From: a virus
Lineage: Duplodnaviria; Caudoviricetes
Virus record (IMG/VR): IMGVR_UViG_3300025838_000023
Coordinates: 42,783-106,782 of that record
Direction: 5' to 3' (one strand)
Length of the DNA stretch: 64,000 bases
Both the position numbers and the translations under genes were made by a program. This document shows positions 33,332 through 41,354 of this stretch, piece by piece. Under the pieces are notes generated by a model. That model made no database searches. It was not told the origin of the DNA and saw only the letters and a list, made by a program, of their open reading frames with translations. Numbering within the stretch: position 1 is the first letter of the stretch; each line of letters begins with the position of its first letter.

Positions 33332-33473
33332 TGGTAGTTCGTGACGGATTCGCACCCTCATGTGTCATAATTTATTCTATAGTTGAATAAACAACACCAA
33401 ACGCTTTTAGTCTACCATTTTATTGCAAGTTTACGTAATTTTGCAATGATTTCGTGACGTTTAAGCTACAACT
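33332..33473 (-). ncRNA. tRNA-ended RNA with an internal multi-hairpin domain
   Basis: AGTTGT/ACGAACT-ACCA, T arm GAGGG-TGCGAAT-CCGTC, GTCA/TGAC helix enclosing two hairpins. Confidence 0.5.
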
Positions 33474-33496
33474 TATTGGCATATATTATTAAAAAT

Positions 33497-33571
33497 TGGC
33501 CGCTGATAGATTATTTGCAAATCTCTCTATGGTGTTTCAAGCCATTACATTCCTACATATGTTAACCAGCG
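33497..33571 (-). tRNA. tRNA-Phe(GAA), divergent paralog overlapping the end of the endonuclease ORF
   Basis: D arm identical to 34403..34477; loop TT-GAA-AC. Confidence 0.6.
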
Positions 33572-34337
33572 ATAAAAAAGTTTCTTTAGAATCACATTTA
33601 AGGAGTTTCTTATAAATATCTTCTTTAATTATCTTAACTTTATTAATAGATTCAGGATTCTGTTCAAATACTAATTTCATTTTGTTTTCATCGTCTCCCC
33701 ACCAGTAACCTTTAATTTCTAAATAAAAATCATAATCAACTAAATGAAAATCTGGAGTATACGAATGTTCACACTCATCTTTAATATAAGAGAAAGTGTA
33801 ATTATTAGTCCCTATTTTCTTCCAAGAAATTTCCAATTCTTCCATTTTAAGTGCAATATTTCGTTCCCATGTTCCTTGAACTTTTTGACCACTTACTTCA
33901 TACCATTTACATCTTCCACCTTTATTTTTCACCGACATTATTTTACTTAACTTTTTCTTGGTTTCTAAAGTATGTTTATGATTTTTCCAATATGGGGTAT
34001 TTTCGGTATAAAACTTTTTAACAGACAAAGCATTTTGCATCACTCTAGAATCTGTTTCTTTTGATAACCCTTTATTCCAAGCTACATGAGTTCCTTTAGT
34101 AATTGAAACAAACCCTATACCATTTTCATGTTTTCTCCATATATGACTACCTATTCCTGATTTAGTTGTTGATTTGAATTCACATTTCGGACAAATATAG
34201 TATCCATCTATAAACATATCATCTGTTATTTTCCTATGAACTTTCTTATTAGGGTTATTACATGCCTTTTTATGTGCTTTGATATTCGAATTTGATATCA
34301 TTCTATTACAATAAGGGCATTCGGTTTTTTGTCTCAT
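33537..34337 (-). CDS. free-standing homing-type endonuclease (zinc fingers, NUMOD-like repeats, PD-(D/E)XK domain)
   Basis: CPYC..H, CPKC..H, AWNKG, HTLETKKK, YTPDF...LEIKG. Confidence 0.75.
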   Translation of the reverse strand: MRQKTECPYCNRMISNSNIKAHKKACNNPNKKVHRKITDDMFIDGYYICPKCEFKSTTKSGIGSHIWRKHENGIGFVSITKGTHVAWNKGLSKETDSRVMQNALSVKKFYTENTPYWKNHKHTLETKKKLSKIMSVKNKGGRCKWYEVSGQKVQGTWERNIALKMEELEISWKKIGTNNYTFSYIKDECEHSYTPDFHLVDYDFYLEIKGYWWGDDENKMKLVFEQNPESINKVKIIKEDIYKKLLKCDSKETFLSLVNICRNVMA

Positions 34338-34402
34338 ATAATATATTTAACACATTCATATGAAATAAGTCTAACTCTTATCTATTAAAGCTATATTCAA
34401 AT

Positions 34403-34477
34403 TGGTGGCTGGAGAGGTATTTGCAACCCCCTGTATGGATTTTCAGTCCACCACATTCCTACATATGTTATCCAGCC
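34403..34477 (-). tRNA. tRNA-Phe(GAA)
   Basis: GTGGA-CTGAAAA-TCCAT, ACCA. Confidence 0.85.
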
Positions 34478-34489
34478 ATTTTTAAATTG

Positions 34490-34765
34490 TTATATTTTAT
34501 TTTGCATATAATCAGGAAATTTTATTGCAATCCCCTCTCCTTCATTTTCTCCAATTTCCCATCCATAACTGCAATAACTACTAAAATGTGTCTTTTCTTT
34601 ATATCCTACTACATAATCTGTTGGCACGGTATGAGGAATATAAACAGTCACAAATTCCCCGTATCCACAATCTTTTTTAATCCCCACACAAGACATTCCA
34701 TCATGTTCAGTAATAAACATATCTTCCGCATTAAACTCAATTGTCATTTTTAATTCGTATTTCAT
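34490..34765 (-). CDS. hypothetical protein
   Basis: ORF with an upstream TTGACA-17-TATAAT-like promoter. Confidence 0.6.
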   Translation of the reverse strand: MKYELKMTIEFNAEDMFITEHDGMSCVGIKKDCGYGEFVTVYIPHTVPTDYVVGYKEKTHFSSYCSYGWEIGENEGEGIAIKFPDYMQNKI

Positions 34766-34812
34766 GTTGATATTATATTACAAAATTACATAATGTCAAT
34801 ATGATTTTAAAT

Positions 34813-34916
34813 TGGAGGGCTTCAACAGGAACTTACCCTGTTCGTATTGTAACATAATCAATCTCGATCTTTCGAAGATTCACTCAGTATGATTATGGTA
34901 TACTACAATTTCGCCC
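34813..34916 (-). ncRNA. tRNA-ended RNA with a long rod replacing the D and anticodon arms
   Basis: GGGC/GCCC-TCCA, T-like arm AACAGG-GTAAGTT-CCTGTT, rod ATTGTAG/TTACAAT plus CATAATCA/TGATTATG. Confidence 0.5.
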
Positions 34917-34924
34917 ATTTAAAT

Positions 34925-35105
34925 TGGTTCTAGAGGTTAGATTCACACTAACTTAGTCTTGTCGAAGGTTTTAATTTTTGACTACTTAAAGCTTCTATAA
35001 ATTATTTTCTCGTAGTATGCCATGATAATACTCTTTGGACGCAATACTCATAATTTACTTACAGCAACTCTAAATTATAGGCGGGTTGAAATGTGTCACT
35101 CAGAA
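34925..35105 (-). ncRNA. tRNA-ended RNA with a ~135-nt internal domain
   Basis: TTCTGAG/CTCTAGAA-CCA, T arm GTTAG-TGTGAAT-CTAAC. Confidence 0.45.
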
Positions 35106-35171
35106 CATTGCAATCTTCTCAAGCACCTTTTTATTGGCTAATCGAATTCGCCACGCCGATCTTGAAAATTA

Positions 35172-35523
35172 TGGTGGAGAGCAGGGAGGATCGAACTCCC
35201 TGTCCTAAAAAAACTTCATTTATATATCTACATGCTTATATTCTTTAATGTATTCGGTAGCATAACAAAGAATAAAACTTTCTACCATAGTTAAATTATT
35301 TTCTAGCATCCGTCTCACAAATATAACGAGAAACTCGACGGACTATCCTATGCAGCACGTTTTCAAATATAGGAGTCTTTGAAACGTGGATTAACTTAAG
35401 CAGCTAACGCTAGTTCTGTATTATCAGCACTTATCTTTTCGATTGATTTTTAAAGAAGCCAACAATCATCTTCTACATGCAACAATAAACTCGATCTTTT
35501 TAGTCGAATCCAAGTAGCTCCCC
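35172..35523 (-). ncRNA. ssrA: tmRNA, tag (A)ADNTELALAA*
   Basis: 5' GGGGAGC...GGATTCGAC; G3:U70; 3' GGGAGTTCGATCCTCCC-TGCTCTCCACCA; tag codons 35396-35428. Confidence 0.95.
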
Positions 35524-35528
35524 AAAAA

Positions 35529-35603
35529 TGGTAGGCATGGAAGAAATTGCATCCTCACCAAGAGCTTCGTAAACTCGTGTGCTATCTGTTACACTACACG
35601 CCC
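35529..35603 (-). tRNA. tRNA-Arg(ACG)
   Basis: loop TT-ACG-AA, ACCA. Confidence 0.8.
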
Positions 35604-35727
35604 ATTTAAAATTCTTCGCTAAAAATAATACCTACCAAGGCACTAAGGAATTGAACCATTTATTCTTAGCGAAAAGTAATTGTAATAAGTTCTAGAATAT
35701 TTCAATTACTTTCTTTTATATAAAATT

Positions 35728-35803
35728 TGGTAGGCATGGAGAGAATCCCACTCTCACCCTTCGGTTTCGAAGACCGATGCGCTAATAATTACGCTACACG
35801 CCC
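35728..35803 (-). tRNA. tRNA-Arg(TCG)
   Basis: TCGGT-CTTCGAA-ACCGA, ACCA. Confidence 0.85.
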
Positions 35804-35810
35804 ATAAATT

Positions 35811-35885
35811 TGGGGGTTTAGTTCGGTTACTCTCCGAATCCGGTAAATTCACAGTTTACAGTGCTAATATTACACCACAAAACCC
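35811..35885 (-). tRNA. tRNA-His(GTG)
   Basis: GTAAA-CTGTGAA-TTTAC; G-1 opposite C73. Confidence 0.85.
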
Positions 35886-35899
35886 ATCTAAAAACTTTT

Positions 35900-36042
35900 G
35901 GCATTGTATTTCCGCTATACGAAAAGCTAATATTCGTCATAACCACTACTCACAATCAGAAGATATCATTCCGATATTCTATAGTGGGGTTGGCTTATTT
36001 GATTCCCATTAACTTTAAAGGATTCGAACCTTTGATTCTGCC
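35900..36042 (-). ncRNA. circularly permuted tRNA-like RNA, unit 2
   Basis: order: GGCAG, T arm AAAGG-TTCGAAT-CCTTT, AAAGTTAAT...ATTAGCTTT acceptor-like helix, D arm GTAT-AGCGGAA-ATAC, ATGCC. Confidence 0.7.
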
Positions 36043-36168
36043 TTATTATCTAAATTCATCCAAAACTTACCGTAGTCGTATTGCAAATCCGAGCCTATGC
36101 AGTTTTGGCAGTATTATATGTTATGGAGTCCACGTTCCACTCCCGTAACCTTTATAATACTGAAATTT

Positions 36169-36316
36169 GATGCCCTGCTACCATTACACCACAGATACCA
36201 CAAATCGTCATAACCAGCTACTATATCATATGATCATCTCTGATACTTCGTAGTGGGGTAGGCTTACTTGATTCATTGTTTATATACATGAACGGACTCG
36301 AACCGTTTCTTTCACC
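36169..36316 (-). ncRNA. circularly permuted tRNA-like RNA, unit 1
   Basis: order: GGTGA, T arm AACGG-TTCGAGT-CCGTT, CATGTAT...GTATCTG, D-like GTGTAATGGTAGCAG, GCATC; shares the cap motif with unit 2. Confidence 0.62.
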
Positions 36317-36336
36317 TTACATTCTTAAAAAATTAC

Positions 36337-36423
36337 CGGATGGCTGATATCCCGCCTACCATGCCCTTTTAGAGCACCATCGATTTAGCAAATCGCGCTA
36401 GTCACTCGACTAGTTAACCATCC
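36337..36423 (-). tRNA. tRNA-Ser(GCT), degenerate T arm, no encoded CCA
   Basis: loop TT-GCT-AA, V arm TGCTCT-AAA-AGGGCA. Confidence 0.55.
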
Positions 36424-36573
36424 ATATTAAAAAATTCTGAGTAAATATCAATCTCCCATAGGAGACAAATGTTATAGCTTTATTACATTAAGATTTGTTG
36501 TTACCATAAAAGCAATACTCTCACAACTCTAATCCGATTATTACTCAACGTTATCCGCTAAGATAACGAAAAT

Positions 36574-36660
36574 TGGAGTGTAGTTAGGGGATCGCACCCT
36601 ACGTAGGCTTTCGCCCAACTGGTTTGCAAGCAGCAAAGTTCACTAGCTCTCTCACTACAC
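36574..36660 (-). tRNA. tRNA-Cys(GCA) with long V arm
   Basis: acceptor GTGTAGT/ACTACAC, U73-CCA, loop TT-GCA-AA, V arm TGGGC-GAAA-GCCTA. Confidence 0.7.
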
Positions 36661-36735
36661 ATTAAAAGTGACCCGCTAATATTTTACAACCATATGCAGG
36701 GCTGGTTGGATATGATTACTACCATATCAAAATTA

Positions 36736-37011
36736 TTACCATGTTACATTTCCATCTTTAATCCATCCATGAAACTTACAACTACTATCTGGAAAATCAC
36801 AGTTAATAGAAGGAGTTACTGATAGATTTGAAATGTCTCCAGATTTATTCCAAACTGCTCCAGAATCATAAATAGGCGGCAATTCAAAATTAACTAAAAT
36901 AGAATGTCCAGAATCGCATTTCGGACAAACAAATCTTAATACTTTATCCGATCTTTCATTGTATCGAATCATCTCACCTTCTAGTTTCTCTAATGATACT
37001 AAATTACTCAT
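36736..37011 (-). CDS. small Cys/His protein, DUF6527-like
   Basis: F.CP.C...H, W...G...LSVTPSI...C.FHGWI.DG. Confidence 0.7.
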   Translation of the reverse strand: MSNLVSLEKLEGEMIRYNERSDKVLRFVCPKCDSGHSILVNFELPPIYDSGAVWNKSGDISNLSVTPSINCDFPDSSCKFHGWIKDGNVTW

Positions 37012-37154
37012 ACTATTATTTAGCAAACTTTTAATCCTTATAAATTCATATCAAAGATAAAACTTCATAAATATTAAAACCATTGCTAATAGATAAATAA
37101 CTATATGAATAAAGATACCATACTTCTAGAAGAATTATATATGAAAATCGTAGA

Positions 37155-37522
37155 AGAGTTATCATAAGCATAGAAGAATATTACTATTTTCTAGATTTAT
37201 GCCTTAAAGACTTTTTATTCTATTTTATAGGATTTAAAAGGAAATCTATAACTCAATTTAGATTTCTTTAATTTGGAATATAACGTTTCTATGAACCAAT
37301 TTTAGTATTTGATCTACCATTTTCTTCCAATGAGTAGGTAGAATACTAAAACCAATTCAAAGATATTTTATATCCATTTTATCATCTTTCAATGATAAAA
37401 ATTGTTTTATTATAATAGTATTTATTCTACTTTATATCAAAATCAAGAGATAAATAATTTAAATTGTATAATATTTTTAACTTATCTTAAAAATGTTATA
37501 TTATGTATTAAGTTTTATTAGA
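37155..37522 (-). mobile_element. MITE family A copy 2
   Basis: near-identical to 20635..21019 with small indels; AGA/TCT core at both junctions. Confidence 0.9.
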
Positions 37523-37864
37523 CCAATTCGGAAATGCTACTCTCATATGGCTAGAAAAAGATGGAACAGTTTATGATACAGAAGAAACCCAACATGGAAT
37601 CTACGTAGCGGATAATGCCTCTTTATTTGGCGTGAATTATAACTTCGCAAAAAAGACTTTCGATAAATATGGAGACGAAGGAATTGATGAAGCAGCAGCA
37701 ATAATGTGTGAACAAGCCTTCAAAAAAGGTTGGATGCGTGTTGTTAAAGTGCCTTGGAATAAAAAGATTTTCGTCGAAGGAAACGAACCAACAAAAGCAC
37801 AAAAACATGTAATCGAAGATTGGTATTTCGAAGATACTAGTTGGGATGTCATTTGGCAAAGATG

Positions 37865-39097
37865 GGTTGGTAACAGTAGTTTGAAATTCTAAAAAATCTA
37901 AAGTTATAAAAATAATTCATTATTATGGGTTAAATTACAAGAAAAGTAAAACACATTTAGATAAATATAAATGTGAAGATAATAAGAGCAGTTAAATGCA
38001 CAAACAAATTTGCTACTAAAAAGAAGCAAGATGTTCTTACATCTTTACTTGCCGAATACGGCAATGTTGTAAATTTCTTCATTGAATTCTTTTGGTTAAA
38101 AGATAAACTTCCAACTAAGAACGATCTTTTAAAACATATAGTTGATCTACCAATACAAACAACTTGGCTTTCAGCCAGATTACGTAAAACTGCTGCTAGA
38201 GAAGCTATAGATATGATCTTAGCAGTAAAAGAAAGATGGAAAGATAAACCAGATAAAATAAATAAACCAACACACCAAGGTAAAAGAATGTGCTGTTCTT
38301 CAACAATAGCAGAACTCCAAAACTCAAAATCTTCATTCGATAAATACCTTAAAATAGGTTCTGTTGGTAAGAAAATTAAACTAGAAATACCAATCAAAAA
38401 ACATAAACAGTTTAATTATTGGGAACGTCAAGGCAGACGCCTTAACTCATATATTATAACTAAAGACTATACTCAGTTCGTTTTCGAAATCGAAACTGGA
38501 ACTAAAAAGGATCAAGGTAAAACAATTGGTATTGATACTGGTATTAAATGTCTAGCAACTCTGTCCAATGGACAAAGAATAGGAGACAAAATAGAAGATA
38601 TAATAATTAAAATCAATAGATGCAAACATGGTTCTAAAAGACAAAAGCAATTAAGGAATTATCTACGTCATTATATTGATACTAGTGCAAAAGAAGTTTT
38701 TAAGCAGAATCCTAATTTGAGTAGGATTATAGTCGAAAGACTAAGTAATATGAATTTTAAATCGAAGATTAAGCGTAAGCTTGGTCGTAAGATGAGAAAA
38801 ACTATCGGTAGTTGGAACTACAGATATTGGCTATCTAGAATGGAAAGAAACTGTGAGGAGAACCGTGTTCGATATTCCAGTATAAATCCAGCTTATACGA
38901 GTCAATGCTGTAACCAATGTGGTCATACTGACAGGATGAATCGATCAAAACAAGATACTTTTTATTGTGTTAAATGTGGTCATACTGACCATGCTGACCA
39001 TAATGCAGCTAAGAATATTTTGGATCGTGGAATCTCCCTAGTTTATCGTCGGGGGTAATAGTTTAAATTTTAGATTTTTTAGAATTTAAACAACGGT
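37865..39097 (+). mobile_element. tnpB-only element (IS607-like) with perfect 19-bp subterminal inverted repeats
   Basis: AAATTCTAAAAAATCTAAA 37884-37902 and its complement 39069-39087; GGT at both junctions; left end ambiguous by 4 nt. Confidence 0.75.
37973..39058 (+). CDS. tnpB: TnpB with zinc ribbon
   Basis: IGIDTG, IVERL, PAYTSQCCNQCG, CVKCG, HADHNAAKNI. Confidence 0.92.
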   Translation: MKIIRAVKCTNKFATKKKQDVLTSLLAEYGNVVNFFIEFFWLKDKLPTKNDLLKHIVDLPIQTTWLSARLRKTAAREAIDMILAVKERWKDKPDKINKPTHQGKRMCCSSTIAELQNSKSSFDKYLKIGSVGKKIKLEIPIKKHKQFNYWERQGRRLNSYIITKDYTQFVFEIETGTKKDQGKTIGIDTGIKCLATLSNGQRIGDKIEDIIIKINRCKHGSKRQKQLRNYLRHYIDTSAKEVFKQNPNLSRIIVERLSNMNFKSKIKRKLGRKMRKTIGSWNYRYWLSRMERNCEENRVRYSSINPAYTSQCCNQCGHTDRMNRSKQDTFYCVKCGHTDHADHNAAKNILDRGISLVYRRG

Positions 39098-39155
39098 CAG
39101 TAATCAATTCGGACCACCAAAACCAATCACTCTGTTCAACGCAGAATAAAAAAAT

Positions 39156-39246
39156 TGGCGGAAGACTGAGGAGTTGCGCCCCAAACCTTTTAGAGTTCCT
39201 TCTGTTTTCAAGGCAGAGTCAGTATCGCTTGTCTGATTAATCTTCC
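39156..39246 (-). tRNA. tRNA-Ser(TGA)
   Basis: loop CT-TGA-AA, long V arm, GCCA. Confidence 0.8.
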
Positions 39247-39263
39247 ATAATAAAATTTAAAAT

Positions 39264-39337
39264 TGGTAGGAGATAAAAGTGCCGCCCTTTTGACTCATGG
39301 ATGTAAACCAAGCATTATACTGTTTAACTAATCTCCC
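39264..39337 (-). tRNA. tRNA-Val(TAC)
   Basis: loop TT-TAC-AT, ACCA. Confidence 0.8.
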
Positions 39338-39348
39338 ATTACTAAATT

Positions 39349-39424
39349 TGGAAGACCCACCCCGATTTGCACGGAAGGACGATGAAGTTCAAAGCTTCAT
39401 ATGCTACTTTTACATCATGGGTCT
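39349..39424 (-). tRNA. tRNA-Gln(TTG)
   Basis: TGAAG-CTTTGAA-CTTCA, TCCA. Confidence 0.85.
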
Positions 39425-39434
39425 ATTAAAATCT

Positions 39435-39521
39435 TAGAAGTGTACGGTAATGCTCCGTATCGAGGCCCCAATCTAGGACAAAAAGTTTATAAAACTTTCT
39501 TGGCTACTTAGCCACACTTCC
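39435..39521 (-). tRNA. atypical tRNA-Ile(TAT), long V arm, no encoded CCA
   Basis: AAAGT-TTTATAA-ACTTT, T arm TACGG/CCGTA. Confidence 0.65.
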
Positions 39522-39530
39522 ATTTAAAAT

Positions 39531-39608
39531 TGGTTGCGGAAGGGCCGAACTCGAATCGGGCAGTTTTAGCTTATGAGACTAACGTGTTTACCTTGACACT
39601 ACCCCGCA
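39531..39608 (-). tRNA. tRNA-Met(CAT)
   Basis: TTAGT-CTCATAA-GCTAA, ACCA. Confidence 0.8.
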
Positions 39609-39617
39609 ATATAAATC

Positions 39618-39694
39618 TGTAAACCCCATCATGGAATCGCACCACAATTCTGTCTTTCAGAGAGACTCGTAATAACTGTTATACGAATGGGGTA
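39618..39694 (-). tRNA. tRNA-Gln(CTG)
   Basis: loop CT-CTG-AA; 3' end is not CCA. Confidence 0.65.
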
Positions 39695-39701
39695 TAAAAA
39701 C

Positions 39702-39812
39702 TTGCGGAGATGGGATTCAAACACCATCATAGCATATTAATCATTTTGCGAACAATTAATACTATTTGCCAGAGTTATGAGCACTGTTAGCCTCTCAGGG
39801 CTTGTCTCCGCT
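39702..39812 (-). tRNA. tRNA(CAT) with a ~40-nt variable hairpin
   Basis: GCGGAG/CTCCGC acceptor, loop CT-CAT-AA, V hairpin ATAGTATTAATTG...TGATTAATATGCTAT. Confidence 0.6.
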
Positions 39813-39832
39813 ATTTAAAAACTTTAAAAATT

Positions 39833-39918
39833 TGGTAGCAGAAAAGAGAATTGCACTCTTACAGTCTTACGACAATTGCTTATGAAACAATCCCCACACT
39901 AATACGGGTTGCTCTGCC
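39833..39918 (-). tRNA. tRNA(CAT), Met or Ile2, long V arm
   Basis: ATTGT-TTCATAA-GCAAT, ACCA. Confidence 0.7.
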
Positions 39919-40035
39919 ATTTTTCAAAAATTGTAACCTTTACTAAAATTTTGGCACAATGCCTATGCTTAGTTAATAATACAAACTTCGAAAACTTGTA
40001 TTTAAAACTCTTACATAACATCATATTAAAAAATT

Positions 40036-40111
40036 TGGTGGACCGTAAGGGATTCGCACCCTTCACACAAATATTGCAAGTATTCATCGCCCCTGTGGAA
40101 CATGACAGCCC
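40036..40111 (-). tRNA. tRNA-Ala(TGC)
   Basis: G3:U70, loop CT-TGC-AA. Confidence 0.8.
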
Positions 40112-40194
40112 ATATTAAAAATTTGTTGTAGTATCGAGAATCTACTACATTTATCTTCCGAATTTAACGGACGAATCTCGTCGTTTAAAGAAAT

Positions 40195-40274
40195 TGGTGG
40201 AGAATATCGGCATCGAACCGATCTGAAAATTTCTGATTGCAAATCAGACGATCACCCAAGCAATCCCATCCCCC
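40195..40274 (-). tRNA. tRNA-Ala(TGC)
   Basis: TCTGA-TTTGCAA-TCAGA, ACCA. Confidence 0.8.
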
Positions 40275-40284
40275 ATATAAAAAT

Positions 40285-40377
40285 TGGCACCAAGACTAGG
40301 ACTCGCACCTAGATACCGTTCAAGACGGATTACACGAAGGTAACAACTTCGCCACTTACTAGTTAGTGTATCTTGGT
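40285..40377 (-). tRNA. tRNA-Asn(GTT) with long V arm
   Basis: CGAAG-TTGTTAC-CTTCG, V arm CCGT/ACGG, G73-CCA. Confidence 0.7.
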
Positions 40378-40384
40378 ATAAAAT

Positions 40385-40459
40385 TGGCTCCAACGCTAGG
40401 TTCTGCCCCTAGACCGTCTCGCTTAACAGGCGAATGGACTACTGTTATCCCACGTTGGA
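40385..40459 (-). tRNA. tRNA-Asn(GTT)
   Basis: TTCGC-CTGTTAA-GCGAG, GCCA. Confidence 0.85.
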
Positions 40460-40467
40460 ATTTAAAT

Positions 40468-40543
40468 TGGCACCGTTGACAGGACTCGCACCCGCTAAAA
40501 ACAGCTTGAAAAACTGCTCACTCGACTCTTTGTATTCAACGGC
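40468..40543 (-). tRNA. tRNA-Glu(TTC)
   Basis: GCAGT-TTTTCAA-GCTGT, GCCA. Confidence 0.75.
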
Positions 40544-40607
40544 ATAAAATTTGATCATAAATGTATATTTGCACCCACATTTTAATATAAATTGATTAAA
40601 TATAAAT

Positions 40608-41354
40608 ATGAAGGTTCAATTCAAACATACAGAAGAATCAAAAGCAAACTTAAGTATAAAACGGAAAGAATGGCTTAAAAATAATCCTGATAAACATCCT
40701 TGGAAACGTCATGATAAATTTAAATCAAAACCATGCGAAAACGCAAAACAGTTTTTGAGAGATAATAATATTCCATTCATTGAAGAATATACTCCAGAAA
40801 ATATAGATAGAAATTATTCTATTGATATTGCATTACCTGATAAAATGATTTCTTTGGAGATAAACGGTAATCAACATTATAATCGAGACGGAACATTAAA
40901 ACCTTATTATCAGGAAAGACAAGATATATTAGAAAAAGCTGGATGGATAGTATACCAAATACATTATTCTGCATGTTTTAATCTTGATAAGTGGAAAGAT
41001 TTTTTTAATATACTTAAATATGCTGTGGTTAAAGTCGATTTCGATTATTTTACATATGTTCCTAAGAAATTAGAAAGAAAAACACTACATGATAAATGTG
41101 GTTGTGGTAATAAAAAACTTATTAAGTCTAAAAATTGTTTTATATGTAATAATAAAATGCCTAAAATATATAAAAGAAAAACTGTTAGACCAACAAAAGA
41201 ATTACTTACAAAATTAATATGGGAAAAACCATTAACTAAAATAGGAAAAGATTTTAATGTAACCGATAATGCTATAAGAAAATGGTGTAAATTATATAAC
41301 ATAACAGAATTTCCAAAACGTGGATATTGGCTGAAATCTAAATTGGTAAACTAG
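40608..41354 (+). CDS. free-standing homing-type endonuclease (NUMOD3, Vsr/DUF559-like nuclease, zinc finger, HTH)
   Basis: HTEESKANLS, YSIDIA...LEINGNQHY, GW.V..I, IGKDFNVTDNAIRKWCK. Confidence 0.75.
   Translation: MKVQFKHTEESKANLSIKRKEWLKNNPDKHPWKRHDKFKSKPCENAKQFLRDNNIPFIEEYTPENIDRNYSIDIALPDKMISLEINGNQHYNRDGTLKPYYQERQDILEKAGWIVYQIHYSACFNLDKWKDFFNILKYAVVKVDFDYFTYVPKKLERKTLHDKCGCGNKKLIKSKNCFICNNKMPKIYKRKTVRPTKELLTKLIWEKPLTKIGKDFNVTDNAIRKWCKLYNITEFPKRGYWLKSKLVN

Larger units (their letters stand above)
37105..39149 (+). pseudogene. late gene interrupted by MITE A near its 5' end and by a tnpB element near its 3' end
   Basis: removing 365 bp at the AGA core gives in-frame MNKDTILLEELYMKIVEDQFGNATLIW...; the C-terminus probably resumes after 39097. 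Confidence 0.75.

Noticed and set aside
34850-34895. possible hammerhead ribozyme (CTGAGTGA...CGAGA)
   Set aside because: Core deviates from CUGANGA/GAAA and the third stem is missing.
36010-36200. a single tRNA with an anticodon-loop intron (5' half of unit 1 plus 3' half of unit 2)
   Set aside because: Acceptor strands GTATCTG and AAAGTTA do not pair, whereas the permuted pairing does; no group I intron core seen.
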